Part shown: positions 38,768 through 51,128 of the stretch, piece after piece | How the letters are laid out: each line of letters starts with the position of its first letter | How positions within the stretch are numbered: the stretch's first letter is position 1 | Assembly (NCBI GenBank): GCA_047495785.1 | Contig: JBLDXI010000013.1 | Span: 3,596,001-3,660,000, forward strand | Length of the DNA: 64,000 bases | Source: Lepidodermella squamata | Lineage: Eukaryota; Animalia; Gastrotricha | Reading direction: 5' to 3' | Program-made: the position numbers and the translations under genes | Notes under the pieces: generated by a model | The model's input: the letters and a program-made list of their open reading frames with translations, nothing else | What the model was told of the DNA's origin: nothing | The model's database searches: none

Positions 38768-40065
38768 TTAGGCCTTAGTGTAGGGCATAAGGCTGCCATT
38801 AGGTTGGCCAATAGCAGTTCCATCCATATTACCAGCGGGACCGTAGTTGCAAACCTTGGTGAGAAATCGTGAGGTGATTCACGCGAAATGGCTCGTCAAC
38901 ATACCTGGACGTATTTCATGCTCTTGTTCGGACAGTAAGCCCAGCCGCAGCTAAACAATACGACTTTGAAACTTCCACTTCTGTTTTCAAATACACTTAC
39001 CCGACAAAGCGGCTCCTTTCAGCGACGACTAAGTGAAATTATTCAAGTATAATCGACTGCCCTTATGAAAATTTCGAACAATCATACCCTGAGTGTAATG
39101 TCCGATTTGAGCGTTAGATGGAGAGGTAGCCTTTTTACCCTTGCCGTAATCGAAATCATTCTGCTCCTCAGCCTATTATTATTGGACAAAACGTCGACTA
39201 GCCATAAAAAAATCCTTCATGAATACCCAAGCGTCGATGCAGGAGGACCAGGACTGCTGGTATGAGGCAAAGCAGACGTTTTGTCCAGCGTCGTAGTTCT
39301 CACCAGGGGTTTTACGGAATTTTACCAGAGTGCGATCATCACCCTTGTCATGGGGCTGAACGCCGGATTCGGGGCACTGAGCAGCCCAGCTGCAATGCAA
39401 GATCGAATTTTGGACTCTATAAGGAACAAGTATCCTACCGTTCGGCAAGAATGGCGAGCTCGGGGTCCCACTGGAGCTTGCCGAGGTTCTTGGCCGCGGG
39501 GTTGACGATACCTGGGTTTTATGTCATTATCGGCAGAGGCATAACAAGATATGAACTCACTACGCCAGCAGTTGTGGCGGTCGACAACCTCATTCATGGA
39601 GACGGGAATCAAGGAATCACACTTGTCCGACAGGCAACGAGTGGGAGGGCCAGTGAGTGTTCCCGAGCATTGATTCTTGGCAAAATGAGCGCAATATCAA
39701 ACTCAGATTTTGCAAAATGAATTGTATTATACTTACGCCCCTTGAAGGAGTGGTGAAGTTAGTAGGGGTGAGCGCAGCACCGCACTTCGAAGTAGGGCAT
39801 GAGAACTGGGGTTGGGACCAATCGGCGTTTCCGACTTTGGTGATCTTGGTATCGCCGGTAGCGTCACCCTTGTAGCAGCAGTATTTAGCCCACAGGGTCT
39901 TCACTCCTCCCGAAGTCGCCGATCCAGAAGAGCAGGCATAAGCACCTGAATTATGGGCGAAAGGTAAGATTCTATGTCGATACAGAAACCTTGCTTACCA
40001 GCGATGTCAGGCTGAGCCTGAGCGGCAGCAACGAGGCACGCAGCAGCAACTAAGATAAAAGCCAT
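38768..40065 (-). CDS. CAP/SCP/TAPS secreted protein, copy B, ~9 exons
   Basis: HNCWRS|IVNPAAKNLGKLQWDPELAILAER|WAAQC...GQNV...AW|AEE...GHYTQ|VVAERSRFVG|CGWAYC...|VCNYGPAGN...YTKA*. Confidence 0.9.
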
Positions 40066-40507
40066 GATTTAGTGGAATAATAATCTTAGGAATCCAGCGA
40101 GCACTGCGCTTCTTAAATGGACTACTTTAGTTTAATCAGCTGCGATTTTCCAGAAACTGTTCTCACAGTTCAACGACCTCCGCCAAGTTAACAACATGTT
40201 TGCTGAAGATTTTTTTCTCGCCGTTTTATCTGTCATTAAAACTGCAGATTTTTGAAGCGGCGTTAACAGCTGAAACAACTCGGAGCTGCGGAGTAATGAA
40301 AAGGGCGCGACATCGGCGGCAAGTTGATCTAGGCAATAAACTTTCGGTATATTTACTCAGAACGGAGCATTTCCTCACGCGTTTTACGCCAAAAAAAATG
40401 AGGTGAAAAAAGTCAGTTTCACTAAAAAAGCGCTGTTTATTTTTATCAGATTGAAATTCGCCAGTACTAAGATGCATCAGTAACAAATACGTTAAACGAG
40501 ATGAGTT

Positions 40508-41303
40508 TCAAAAAATGACACCAGGCGCTACCAGTGGGTAACCACCGACGAACCCAGGATAGCCGTAGCCGAAGCCGAAGCCACCGTAACCAAACCCGCT
40601 GTAGCCGTAACCAGGGTAGCCGAATCCAAGGCCCCATTGGCGTTTTTCTTTCGGAGTTTCAACATCGGATGTATCACGACGCTTGCGGCCGATGAAACCT
40701 GGGTATCCGAAACCGCCGTAGCCAAGGCCATAGCCACCGTAACCCAGCCCATAACCGCCATAACCGAAACCAACAGTGCCTATCGAGAAAATAGTTTGAA
40801 CAAACCATTCAACTGATTTCTTCATTACCTGGGTAAAGAATTTGGCGTTTATTCTTTTTGGCATGGCTGACATCTCGACGCTTGCGGCCGATGAAACCAG
40901 GATAGCCAAAGCCACCGTAGCCAAGACCGCCGTAGCCTAAACCGTAGCCAAGACCGCCGTACCCGCCATATCCGACACCCGGTAACAGAATTTGGCGTTT
41001 GTCATTGTCGCCAGCCGGGTCGTCTTTCGTCTCCTCTTTCTCGCCACTTTCCTCGCCCGAAGGGTCGTCTTTCGTGTCGGCTGTTTCGGCATCACGACGC
41101 TTGCGACCGATGAAACCTGGGTAACCGCCGTAGCCGTAACCAAGGCCGCCGTAGCCACCGTACCCGAAACCTAGACCGCCGTAGCCGAGACCAACGGCGC
41201 CTGGGTACAAAATCTGCCGCTTTGCCGTACTATCTTCATCGTGAAGGTAATTTTCTGCTAGGCAAGCAGTGATGGCAAGCAGCAGAACAGCTAGTGTTCT
41301 CAT
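40508..41303 (-). CDS. Prepro-polypeptide encoding four Gly/Tyr-rich peptides (exons 40829-41303, 40508-40779)
   Basis: Signal peptide; three KR-QIL..(GYG)n..PGFIG-RKRR units plus KR-QWG...VIF*; mostly acidic spacers; 49-nt phase-1 intron. Confidence 0.92.
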
Positions 41304-42126
41304 GTTTGAAATGTTCGAGCTGTTTAGATTTCGATGTATTCCAAACGAAAAGTAACGGCTTTATGTAGCCTATCGTCAGGTGTCGCGATCGATGGAATTT
41401 CGCGCGGCGCGAATTATCATGACCCATATTTTGCCAATCGCATGTGACAGAAAATTTACACAGGTGTTGCATATCTTCAGGTCAACTCTGAACACGTCAC
41501 CTTAATCATCAGGACTTATTCCATGATAATGAAACTAATTTTGGACAAAATCGCGATTTAAAATCCGTCTCGATTCCGTAATTTATGATATTTGACACAA
41601 ATTTGGGTAAAGTAATGCCCGATTTATTGGCGATTTTACGACCTTAACCTAATTTTTCAATAAAATTGGACAATTAGCGGATAATTTTGGTAATTTCGAA
41701 TCATTAAAATGTTGTGCGTACATTTCAATTTCAAATTTTTTATTTAATATTTTTTATTAGTATGAAAATTCCACCTTTTGCTATCTTTATCATTAAGGCT
41801 TTGCATGCAGATATTCGAGTTAAGACACCATGAAAGTCAATTTATACAAAAATCCAAAAATTGAACTCGTCTCGACAAGAGGAAATCGAGGTAAAAGTTG
41901 TTCTCAAATTTCTTAAATCGCAGAGCTTCATTCATAAGAAGATGGAATTACTAATGCAGCTGCGATATGGCTAGAAACGTTTTTTTCACGCAGATGGCGC
42001 AGTCAGCTTCCTATATTAAAAAAATGGCTGAAGATCGCGTGCTGTACAAAATGAATAGCTCGATTCAATAAAAGCAATTTTTCACACACCCTTAATAATT
42101 ATTTTGAATTTTCCGCATTGAAAAAT

Positions 42127-42912
42127 ATGTCATCAGCCATGATAAACAGCAGGCTGTCCGAACACCGTGGCAGTATCATCAGCCTATTCGCGCCGATTTA
42201 TAAACAGCACAACCATGCTCATTCGTTGTCGATGCAATCGAACACCTCGGGCCTAACGAACGGCACAACAGATCGCAAGCACTGTAATCACGGCGCGAAA
42301 ATTCGCACTGCAAATATTTGTTCAGCTTTTTGCGCACTTAGCTTCGCGACGGTCGGTTACATCCTCACAAATCAGGGCTTTTACCGCGGTGAGGGTAGCG
42401 GCACTTTTTCCACTATTTTTCTCGTCATTATTGGCCAGTCATTGGTTGAAATAGCCCTGGCTGTTTTGATCTCATTTTGCCAGCTCAACTCCTACTATGC
42501 CGGTCAATCTTCAATGTCATGTGGTGAGCTAAGTTTTGTTATTTTATTAAAAATAAAAAATAGCAAAAATATTGGAAATTTAATTTGGTTAATTTCTTAA
42601 ATTTTATCAAATAATTATCAATAAAAGGCTGAAAGGTCGTTTTGTGTTCATTTAACAGCGACTATCATTTCGACGGCAAGTGCGATCGCGTCGTCAATAA
42701 TTGGTTTCGTGCTGCTGATTTGCCTGCTCATAACAACTGATCGAGATTTCGAGCGATCGCCAGCCGCTGGTTGTACCGGAGGCTACGGCTGTGCGAATGT
42801 GATGGCGATTGTTATTGCTGTCATCTATTGGTCTCGTTTCTACATCATTGCGATGGCCTCAATCGGTTATCTAATGTCTCAATGGCGCGAAGTTGTAATG
42901 ACACCTCCTTAA
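42127..42912 (+). CDS. Four-TM family member (2 exons; start codon uncertain)
   Basis: FYRGEG...LVEIA | AGCTGGYGCANVMAI...YWSRF. Confidence 0.8.
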
Positions 42913-43242
42913 CATTCATGAATAATTGTGAAGATGAAACTGACCTCAAGATTACATTTTAATTTGATATAAAAATAAATTAAAGATCGATAATTTTTTG
43001 GTCGCGAAGTTTTATTTGCATAGCAAGGATGAGTGACCTAGTTGTGGAGCGGAAGGGTGTAATAAAACGACGAGCTTCCGCACTAGGTCAGCCAGCGCTA
43101 TCATAATAATCTTTTCACACTCAGGTCAACCTGATAGCACGCATCATTCCTTTCACATAAATTAGCTAAAACATGAGATTTTTCGATTTGTTCATCCGCT
43201 TTTTTTTAACGGGAGATATCTCTAGGTTTTGCACTTGAAAAA

Positions 43243-44117
43243 ATGAGCAACCGTCGTGAGTCGCGAAGCGAGCAGATGAGAATTGAAGAGTACAGCGACG
43301 ACCGAAGCCCGTCTCACGGCTTTTTTGTGATCAATGTCATTTCAAGCGCTATCCCACTGGCCTTTTCCGTTATAGGCCTCGGCCTGACGTATGGCGACAA
43401 GTACCGTGGTGGCCGCAATCACTTCATCAGCGCATTTTGGGCTATCACCGCGATGTCGATCGTTGAACTCATTCTTGCTGTGATCATTTGCTGCTGTTGT
43501 TTCCGGGCGTTTTGTTGCGGCAAGGATAAATGCTCTGTTTATTGCGGTAAATTTGCCACATTTTTCACCGTCATAAACGCGTCATAGGTTCCACAGGGAT
43601 TATATTTCAGAATACTTCTACCCAAAATCGATTGAAAAAATACTTAAAAATTTGCCTGATTCGAAATTTTGGAGCAAATTTATAGTTTCAAAATCTTAAA
43701 AAATGCGGGACTTAATTTAATTTTAAGGAGGGTTTTTTTATTTTCCTACTAATTTTTTTAATGGAGTTTAAAAATTGAAATTTAATTTAATTTAATTTAA
43801 AATTTTTTAGAAATATATTTCTTCATTTGTAAAAGCCAAGGCTATCATTTTATAGCTCTTAAAATTCTTAAAATTTTTTTCCAGCCACCTCGATCACTGC
43901 TGCCACATCGTTCCTCGGATCTTTCATTGGCCTGGCTCTGTTGATCGTCGCCGTTTACAGCGCATCGGAGACACCTTACGCCTCGCGAGCCGGCTGTGTC
44001 GGCGGCTTCGGCTGCGCCAACATCGTCGCGTTTTTCGGCTCGTTCTTCTACGCCATCCGAGTCTTCGTCATCATGATCGCTTTCTGCTGCTGCATCTGTT
44101 GTTGCCGCAAGAAATAA
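43243..44117 (+). CDS. Four-TM family member (exon 2 at 43885-44117)
   Basis: DKYRGGRNHFISAF...IVELI...CCCC | AGCVGGFGCANIVAF...FYAIRV...CCCICCCRKK*. Confidence 0.85.
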
Positions 44118-44385
44118 AAACGAGAATTCGAGTTGAAAAACAGGAAACATTCGAACTTTTCAAATATGACTCATTTTTTCGATCATGAATTTTCAGGCCT
44201 CTTATATTTGTACTATAATTTAGCGCAATAAAGTTTCTATCTTTGAAATACGAGCTATTCGTCTCTGCGCATCTTGGCCGGAACTTGAATTTTTAGCTCA
44301 ACAGGAAGCTGAAAGTTTGCCTTGTGGCAAATATTGAACGCCCGCATCTTGATTCAAGTCATTTCGTTATTTCAACATCTATACG

Positions 44386-46800
44386 ATGGCAAATAAGTGT
44401 GCGTTTTCTCGAATTTTCTGCTTAGTCATTTCGACTAGTTTATTCAAGGTAATCCTCGCAACTCAGCGATCAGAGCTCAATATTTTGACTTTTATGACAC
44501 TTACTGGCCGAGAGCCAAGTTCAGCTAAAGCTTGCGTACAAACAGTTAAATATGTTATTGAAATCGCCAACAATCGATCAGACATCCTACCTGATTACAC
44601 GCTAAATCTCACCATAGTCGACGAGGCAGTTGCGGGCACGGCTGGTCCAGTCGGATTGATGCGCTTTTTAAATAACGAAAAAGGGCTTATTTCACCTGTT
44701 ATTTTCGGCCCATCGGCCACGTGTCAATTGTCCTCCCTAATAGCGAGACAAAATCACTTGACTCAAATTTCAATCGGCTGTTTCGCGGCGAGAATTGTCT
44801 CAAATCGGCGGCTTTATTCGAATCTCTACCGAATCCAAGCCCCATTAGCTTACCTGGCTGGTCCTTTACTCGTTCTAGTGAAGCAAATTGGGAAGTGGCG
44901 GCAAATGGCGATAATTACGTCATTGAACACCGTGAATGATTTCGAACTTGCTCAAAGCCTTCATTCCGCTTTGGTGACAAATGGAGTTGAAGTCGTGGAC
45001 TATATCGGCGCGGAAGACATTACCATAGGAATGATGCAAGCTCTTAAAAAGAGTAGAGCACGAGTTTTTCTGCTAATTACGAGCCAACCGATTCTGTGCT
45101 TGAGATTTTTTTGCATGACGAACGAATTCGGAATCAACTCAACGAATTACGCATTCATTTTACCCCTTATCTGCATGTTCGCCGTAGACAGGATAAATGA
45201 AAATGCTCTGCCTAACAGATGCTCGACAAAGGTTATTCAGAGGCAACTGCAGATCACACTCTGGATCGGCACGCCGCAGGAATCAGTAGAAAAGCAGAGC
45301 AATTCCTCGCTGGGAATAGGCGAGGAGGAATTTACGAGTTACGCCACCAACTATTTCGGAATCAACTCTTTGCCGGTTGATTTTGACACACGGCATGGCT
45401 GCTATGACGCTATGCTTGCCATCGTAATGATCCTAGACAAAACCGACAGGATTTTGAGGGAGCAGCATAATTTGACTCTCAAAGACTTCGCCCTACAGCC
45501 GAAGTTAGTTGGATCGGTCACGAATGATAGTGCAGCTACGTTGAACATCACTGGGCTCCGAATTGGCCAATTGGCGTACTCCCCGAGAACCCTAGAGGTA
45601 GTCGGGGACTCTAGTTGGATCATGCAATGGTCCCCGAAAACCAAAAATCGCTACACGTATAAAATCATGAGAATCGACGAAAGCCTGCCACTATCCAACT
45701 TGGCATCTTACGAAGTCACTCTGCGTAGTAAAATCATGTGGTCGACAAAATCAGGCCAGCCACCGAAAGATCTGTCCGAAATAGTTCATGTAGTTTCGAA
45801 ATGTCCTCTTTGGCTTTTTTGCTTTATTGCTGGTTTAGCTATTTTGTTTACAGCAATTGAGACATCTCTGGCTGCAGTCATACTGAAGCATAGGAATAAG
45901 CTGTCCGGAAAGTTCTTCGACATCAAAAATGGTGTAATCTTAGCGATTGGCTGCTTGTTAACGAATGCATCGGCAGTTATCGAGGTAGCAGGGTCTTCAA
46001 TGCTTCTACCCGTCGATTTTCAGCGGATTCATTGTTCGATAGCGGTTGCAAGTGGAGTGATAGGCCTATCAATTATCAATGGCTCTGTTTTCTCTAAAAT
46101 AGCCTATTTTTATCGAACTGGCAGAGCTTTGGCATGGAAGCAAGCTAAACTGGCGGTTAAGGCGAAACTAGCAGCTGTGATGTATAGGCGGGATACTGGT
46201 AAACGTCAACAACCAACACTTAGTGCCGAAGAACTTGCTAAACTGTCTAAATCAATCACAATAGGAACTGCACTCTTAGCTGCTGTCGGCATTGTAGTAT
46301 CTGGATTATGGATTTTCGCCGTAGATCCCATCAAGTTCGATCTAATGACTTCACCGATTGACTTTGATGAGTCAATTGATAGCTATTTCGAAACTTTGAT
46401 TTACAGCTGCAAGTCGGAGTTCTTCGGCCAGTGGGCTTACGGTTTAGCGGCACTACATATCGCTCTACTCATTCTAGGCTGCTTTTTCGCTTACGAATGC
46501 TACATGATTCATTTCCCGAATTCTGTAGTGTTGGAAAGAAAAGTCACGAGCTTCGCCGTTTACAACGCTCCTGTCATCATAGTGGCGTTTGCTATATTGA
46601 TCAATCTTGCTCCCTTCGGCTTCGGTCGCCACGTGGCGTTCGCATTTGGACTTTTAATTCACTCTTCTTCGATTTTCGCTTTTATCTTCTACCCGGTCTG
46701 GACGCGACAATGGCCATCTGTTCCTCAACCGAGTGAAAACGCCCTCGCTATCGTTGCCCGTGCTTTTAAATTGCCGGATACTCCTAAGAACAGCACATGA
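44386..46800 (+). CDS. Class C GPCR, GABA-B-receptor-like (Venus flytrap + 7TM, no cysteine-rich domain), intronless, 804 aa
   Basis: Signal peptide; 'ANNRSDILPDYTLNL', 'IFGP', 'YSNLYR', 'LKKSRARVF', 'YDA', 'W...PPKD' running straight into TM1; TM motifs 'GSVFSK', 'W...DP', 'YSCKS', 'GCFFAYE', 'FAVYN'. Confidence 0.88.
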   Translation: MANKCAFSRIFCLVISTSLFKVILATQRSELNILTFMTLTGREPSSAKACVQTVKYVIEIANNRSDILPDYTLNLTIVDEAVAGTAGPVGLMRFLNNEKGLISPVIFGPSATCQLSSLIARQNHLTQISIGCFAARIVSNRRLYSNLYRIQAPLAYLAGPLLVLVKQIGKWRQMAIITSLNTVNDFELAQSLHSALVTNGVEVVDYIGAEDITIGMMQALKKSRARVFLLITSQPILCLRFFCMTNEFGINSTNYAFILPLICMFAVDRINENALPNRCSTKVIQRQLQITLWIGTPQESVEKQSNSSLGIGEEEFTSYATNYFGINSLPVDFDTRHGCYDAMLAIVMILDKTDRILREQHNLTLKDFALQPKLVGSVTNDSAATLNITGLRIGQLAYSPRTLEVVGDSSWIMQWSPKTKNRYTYKIMRIDESLPLSNLASYEVTLRSKIMWSTKSGQPPKDLSEIVHVVSKCPLWLFCFIAGLAILFTAIETSLAAVILKHRNKLSGKFFDIKNGVILAIGCLLTNASAVIEVAGSSMLLPVDFQRIHCSIAVASGVIGLSIINGSVFSKIAYFYRTGRALAWKQAKLAVKAKLAAVMYRRDTGKRQQPTLSAEELAKLSKSITIGTALLAAVGIVVSGLWIFAVDPIKFDLMTSPIDFDESIDSYFETLIYSCKSEFFGQWAYGLAALHIALLILGCFFAYECYMIHFPNSVVLERKVTSFAVYNAPVIIVAFAILINLAPFGFGRHVAFAFGLLIHSSSIFAFIFYPVWTRQWPSVPQPSENALAIVARAFKLPDTPKNST

Positions 46801-47159
46801 CTTGATAGAGTATTTGATTGAGTAAAAATAAACGTCGGTTTTGACCACGAATTCGCACTTGAAAAATATTCGAAGAATAGAACCTTTTACCGCTAACGGA
46901 CGGATGGTCCCCAGAAATTCGATTCCTCCCGCGAAAATCTCGACACGTTGCATTTTTATTTTTAGAAACAATTTCCAGATAAGGACAAGCACTCGCAATG
47001 CCCGTTGAATTTGTTGTTATTGTTGTTTGTGTTTTCCTCTACTTATATTTCTAAATTCATGTTATCACAACGCGGTCATTCCTTATCTCGATGAAATGGC
47101 CAGCTTACTATAATACTATAACGAAATGTTCATAAACAAAATTTTTCAACCCAATAAAC

Positions 47160-47766
47160 ATGGTGAGCAAAAGTTCGTCCCATATGGGTGGGACTCGATT
47201 TGTCCGCAGCTACTGGCTCAAACTAGCGGTCGGGATGCTACTATCTGGCATCCTGCCGATGTCGTTCGCCATAGCCGGACTTGCTCTCGCTCAAGATGGC
47301 TGGAATCGCGGCAATTCGAAGGACACAGTTGTCGCCTTTGCCTTTTCATTCGCGTTCTCCACTATTGAATTCGTCAGTGGCTTCTTAATTTTGTGGTGCT
47401 GTTTCCCAAGGTCAAAGGAGAAGTATCTTCAAAATGAGATAGGAAAGAAGCGTCAGCGTGATGGTAAGATAAAAGTCAAACTACGCCTTAATTGTTTAGA
47501 TTTATATTTGTTTGTTTACAGCGACGATTTCAATGCTTGTCTTATCACTCTCTGGCTCGATTGCAGCGTTCGGCCTTTTGATCTACGCTCTAGTAAATGC
47601 GACAAGCGTACCCCTGACATCAGATGTGGGATGTTTGGACTTCGGATGTGCTAATGTGATGCTTATCGCTTGTGCTTCGTGCTATGGAAATCGTGTTTTG
47701 TACGTCCTTTTGCGTTTATACTACATCTTGTGCTGCCTAAAAACTCCCACTGCTGGAGATCGCTGA
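47160..47766 (+). CDS. Four-TM family member (2 exons)
   Basis: WNRGNSKDTVVAF...TIEFV | VGCLDFGCANVMLI...CYGNRV. Confidence 0.8.
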
Positions 47767-48226
47767 ATGTTTGCAGCAAATAAATCGATTCTGGGTCCAA
47801 AGAGAAATCACTCAATTTTGCAAAATAAAAACAAGTAGGCGGAAACAAAGTCTGCGGTCCATTGACAGCTCTCTCCATTTAGGTTAAATTTCATTCTCAA
47901 ATTGAGTTGATTTTGTTTCCGGAAGGTGACAACAGCTGCTTAGCCAGACACCACGAGAATTCCTTCAAAACAGATTTTTGCTAGGAAAAAGCTTGTTACA
48001 TATATATTTTCTCTAATGTAAGACCATTTATGATACATGAAGACATTCGTATTCTACTAAAACCGGACTAACCGCAGCGTTATCTAATGAACTTGAGTTT
48101 ATCTCCGCCTTCTGACAAACTCTAGCGGACACTCAATATAAAGAGTGCTTTTCTAGATGTCACTCATTGCGTTAAAAAAATTAATTCCTCTCACTAAACT
48201 TCAATCATCAATCTTAGACCAAGCAA

Positions 48227-50802
48227 ATGACGACGTACATGTCAACATTCGACTACATCGTCCTCGCCAGCCTGACAATTCTCTGCGGTTTGGCTGGGCT
48301 CTATCATGTCATTCGAGATTCAATCTGTAAAAGAAGAGGCCAGAAAGAAGAATCGCCTGATGCTTATTTCAACGGGCGAGGGCAACTGGGGCTTTTCACC
48401 GCGGTCAGCTCACTGTTCGCAAGCTTTTTCTCGGCTGTGGGAATGCTTGGTGTTCCAGGTAAGTGGAATCTAGCCATCTAACAAAACGTTTTACGGTGGT
48501 TTTCTTCAGCTGAAGTATACACCATGGGTACTGTGTCATTAATGATTGGTTTTGGCACGATTCCAGCGACGCTGTATACGTCTTTTGTGTTCATCCCGAT
48601 CTATTACCGAAACAGATTCAACAGTGTATTTGAGGTAGCCCAATTTCAAACACATGCCGAATTTATCCTTATCAGTGATTCTTCGATAAGTACGTCGAAA
48701 AAAGGTTCAGGTCGGAAGCACTTCGGAAAATCACCGCAATTGGATGGGCTCTTGCTACAATGGCTTATTCTGCGGTAAATAATGACAGCTATCAAATGAT
48801 ATTTTCATTAAACCAGTTATCTAATTTTAGGTTTGCGCATATGTCCCTTGCTTGGCTTTTTCACTTGGTAAGACCCCTTCCTGTTACGCGAATTTCGAGA
48901 GTTAAAGATGGACATAAATTCTAGCTACCGGTATTCCTGAGTGGGCAGTCATCATCGCAACTGCATGCGTTACCCTATTTTACACCGTTCTGGTAAATTC
49001 TCTCCATCATACTATCAATTTGTATTTTAAAGGAATTTTTATTTTCAAGGGCGGTCTTCGAGCTGTTGTCCTCGTCGATACTATTCAATCTTTCATCATG
49101 TTCGCTGGCCTAATCGCATGCCTTATACTGGTACACCTCCACCTTATCAGTTCATGAAAGATGCTTATATTTTTAAATAATTCAGGGCATTGACAAAGTC
49201 GGAGGTTTGGAAAAAACGTGGGAAGTTGCCAGCCGTTATGGTCGAACAGACATAACTGAGTAAGATATTTCGTCGGTAACAACGTTTTTGCTCATTTGAA
49301 ATTTCAAGCTTTCGAATCGACCCGCGGCTGACACATACTTTCTGGTCCGTTTTCATTGGCCAGACCATCCATTTCACGGCAAAGTACGCTAACAATCAAG
49401 CGACTCTACAACGGTCATGCGCTATGGATACTATGACAAAAGCAAAACTGTAAGAACACATTATTTTGAAATTTAAACGTATATTTTCGAAATTTATAGA
49501 TCCTTGATCTTAATTGTACCGCCCTCGGTGTCCGTCGGAGCTATTTTATGGCTAACAACTCTTGTTGTGTTTGCCTACTACACAGAAATCGTTGGCTGTG
49601 ATCCTTTGAAAAGCGGTAAAATAAGCAGTCCAAATCAGGTGAAGAAACCGAATCTTGCTTGCTGAAGAGCTTTTTCAATTATCTGGTTACTTAATAGATC
49701 ATGCCGCATTTTGTTCACGAAATTTTGACATATCCCGGATTTCTGGGAGTGTACTACACTTGCCTTTTCAGTGGCTCGATAAGGTATTTTCACACGATTT
49801 TCGAAGCATTTGAAGCAGCTGTGCGTTTTAGCTCCATGTCGACCTGTTACAACACAGTATCATCACTTGTTTGGGAAGATTGGTTGCGGCCTAGACTGGA
49901 ATCAAAGCTCACTAAGAGGAAAATCTCTGTTATCATGCAGTTACTTGGTAAGCTTGTCCTTTGGTCTAAGACCGTGTTTAACGCTTACCTTGATTCTATT
50001 AGCTCTTGGAGTTGGTATACTGGTTTCAGGAGGAGCGATTATAGCGAAATATATTGGAGGATCAGCTATGAAGGTGAGGAATTAGAACTGATTATGAAAT
50101 TTACATCATTGATATTGTAGATTGTGGTTTCGATGACTGGCGCGTTCACCGGTAGCGTCCATGCTGTTTTCTTCTGCGGAGCGTTTTTGCCCTTTATCAC
50201 GAGCGCGGTATATCTCCCTTATTTTGAATTGATCCAGCTAAATGAATGAAATATTTAGTCCCTTATTCTGGGCGTTTGCATAAGTTTGCCCTCCACGCTA
50301 ATCATGTTGATCGCTCAAACTTTTCACGGCACGGGGAACAAGTACCCTGTAAAACCCTTCGAAACCGGCCGATGCAATGCTACTATTGCCGTAGAAAGCT
50401 TTTCGACTCAATGGACTGAAACTACAGCAGCTTCAATGGTCACATCCGCCCCAGAGCTACCTGAACCATCCGGTGGAATTCTCTCTTTGTCTTTCTTCTA
50501 TTTCCCGTTGTTTTCTTTCTTGGCCTGTCTCTTCATTGCCTTGGTATTCAGCCTGCTCAGCAGATGCCTTTCAAAAAGTGAGTTTTTTGACGATCCTTCT
50601 CTACTTAATTCATTGTTTTCGTTCAGTTTTCAACCAGGTTGATTGGTTGAAGCCTCCCGCTAATGTTGACCCCAAGTATTACGCCTTTTACAGCGAGGAC
50701 GAGCTTAGCAACGCCTCGGACCTGGAGAAACTCAAGTTGGACTGTGATGAAGAGCAGCAAAAGCCTTTTTTAGCCACTACTGACACTCACAACAAATGTT
50801 AG
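48227..50802 (+). CDS. SLC5 sodium:solute symporter (SMCT/NIS/SMVT subgroup), about 14 short introns
   Basis: FDYIV; SLFASFFSAVGMLGVP|AEVY; FIPIYY; Y.EKRF; GGLRAVV.VD..Q; DPR...TFW; NQATLQR; GCDPL..G.I....Q.MP; PGFLG....FSGS.S. Confidence 0.92.
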
Positions 50803-51128
50803 CATCTGTAACAAATAGATTTTCTAAAATATCCTAGTTGGATGAATAATTGGAGCAATAAATGTCCTACTCCACACCTTGGCTCGGCGTTGTATTCTGA
50901 GTTTGCAATTCGCGACAGCTCTTTGTCATGTGTCGCGGAAAGTCAACAAAGGACAAAAATTGTTGATAATAGTTACGCTAAGCGCTAAGATACTGGGCCC
51001 ACCACTGATTGCAGCTATGTGCATCCTTTTCAGCAAACCATTAGAGAACGCAGGCGTTTATTCAAATCCAAGATGTATACGTAATTATTTCGAGCAAGCT
51101 GAAAAGCAAGTTGTAGCGAGTTGATCGT

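Noticed and set aside
40560-40940. Opioid (enkephalin YGGF) precursor
   Set aside because: YGGF occurs only inside the peptides, never directly after a dibasic site, and is expected by chance in GYG/GFG repeats.
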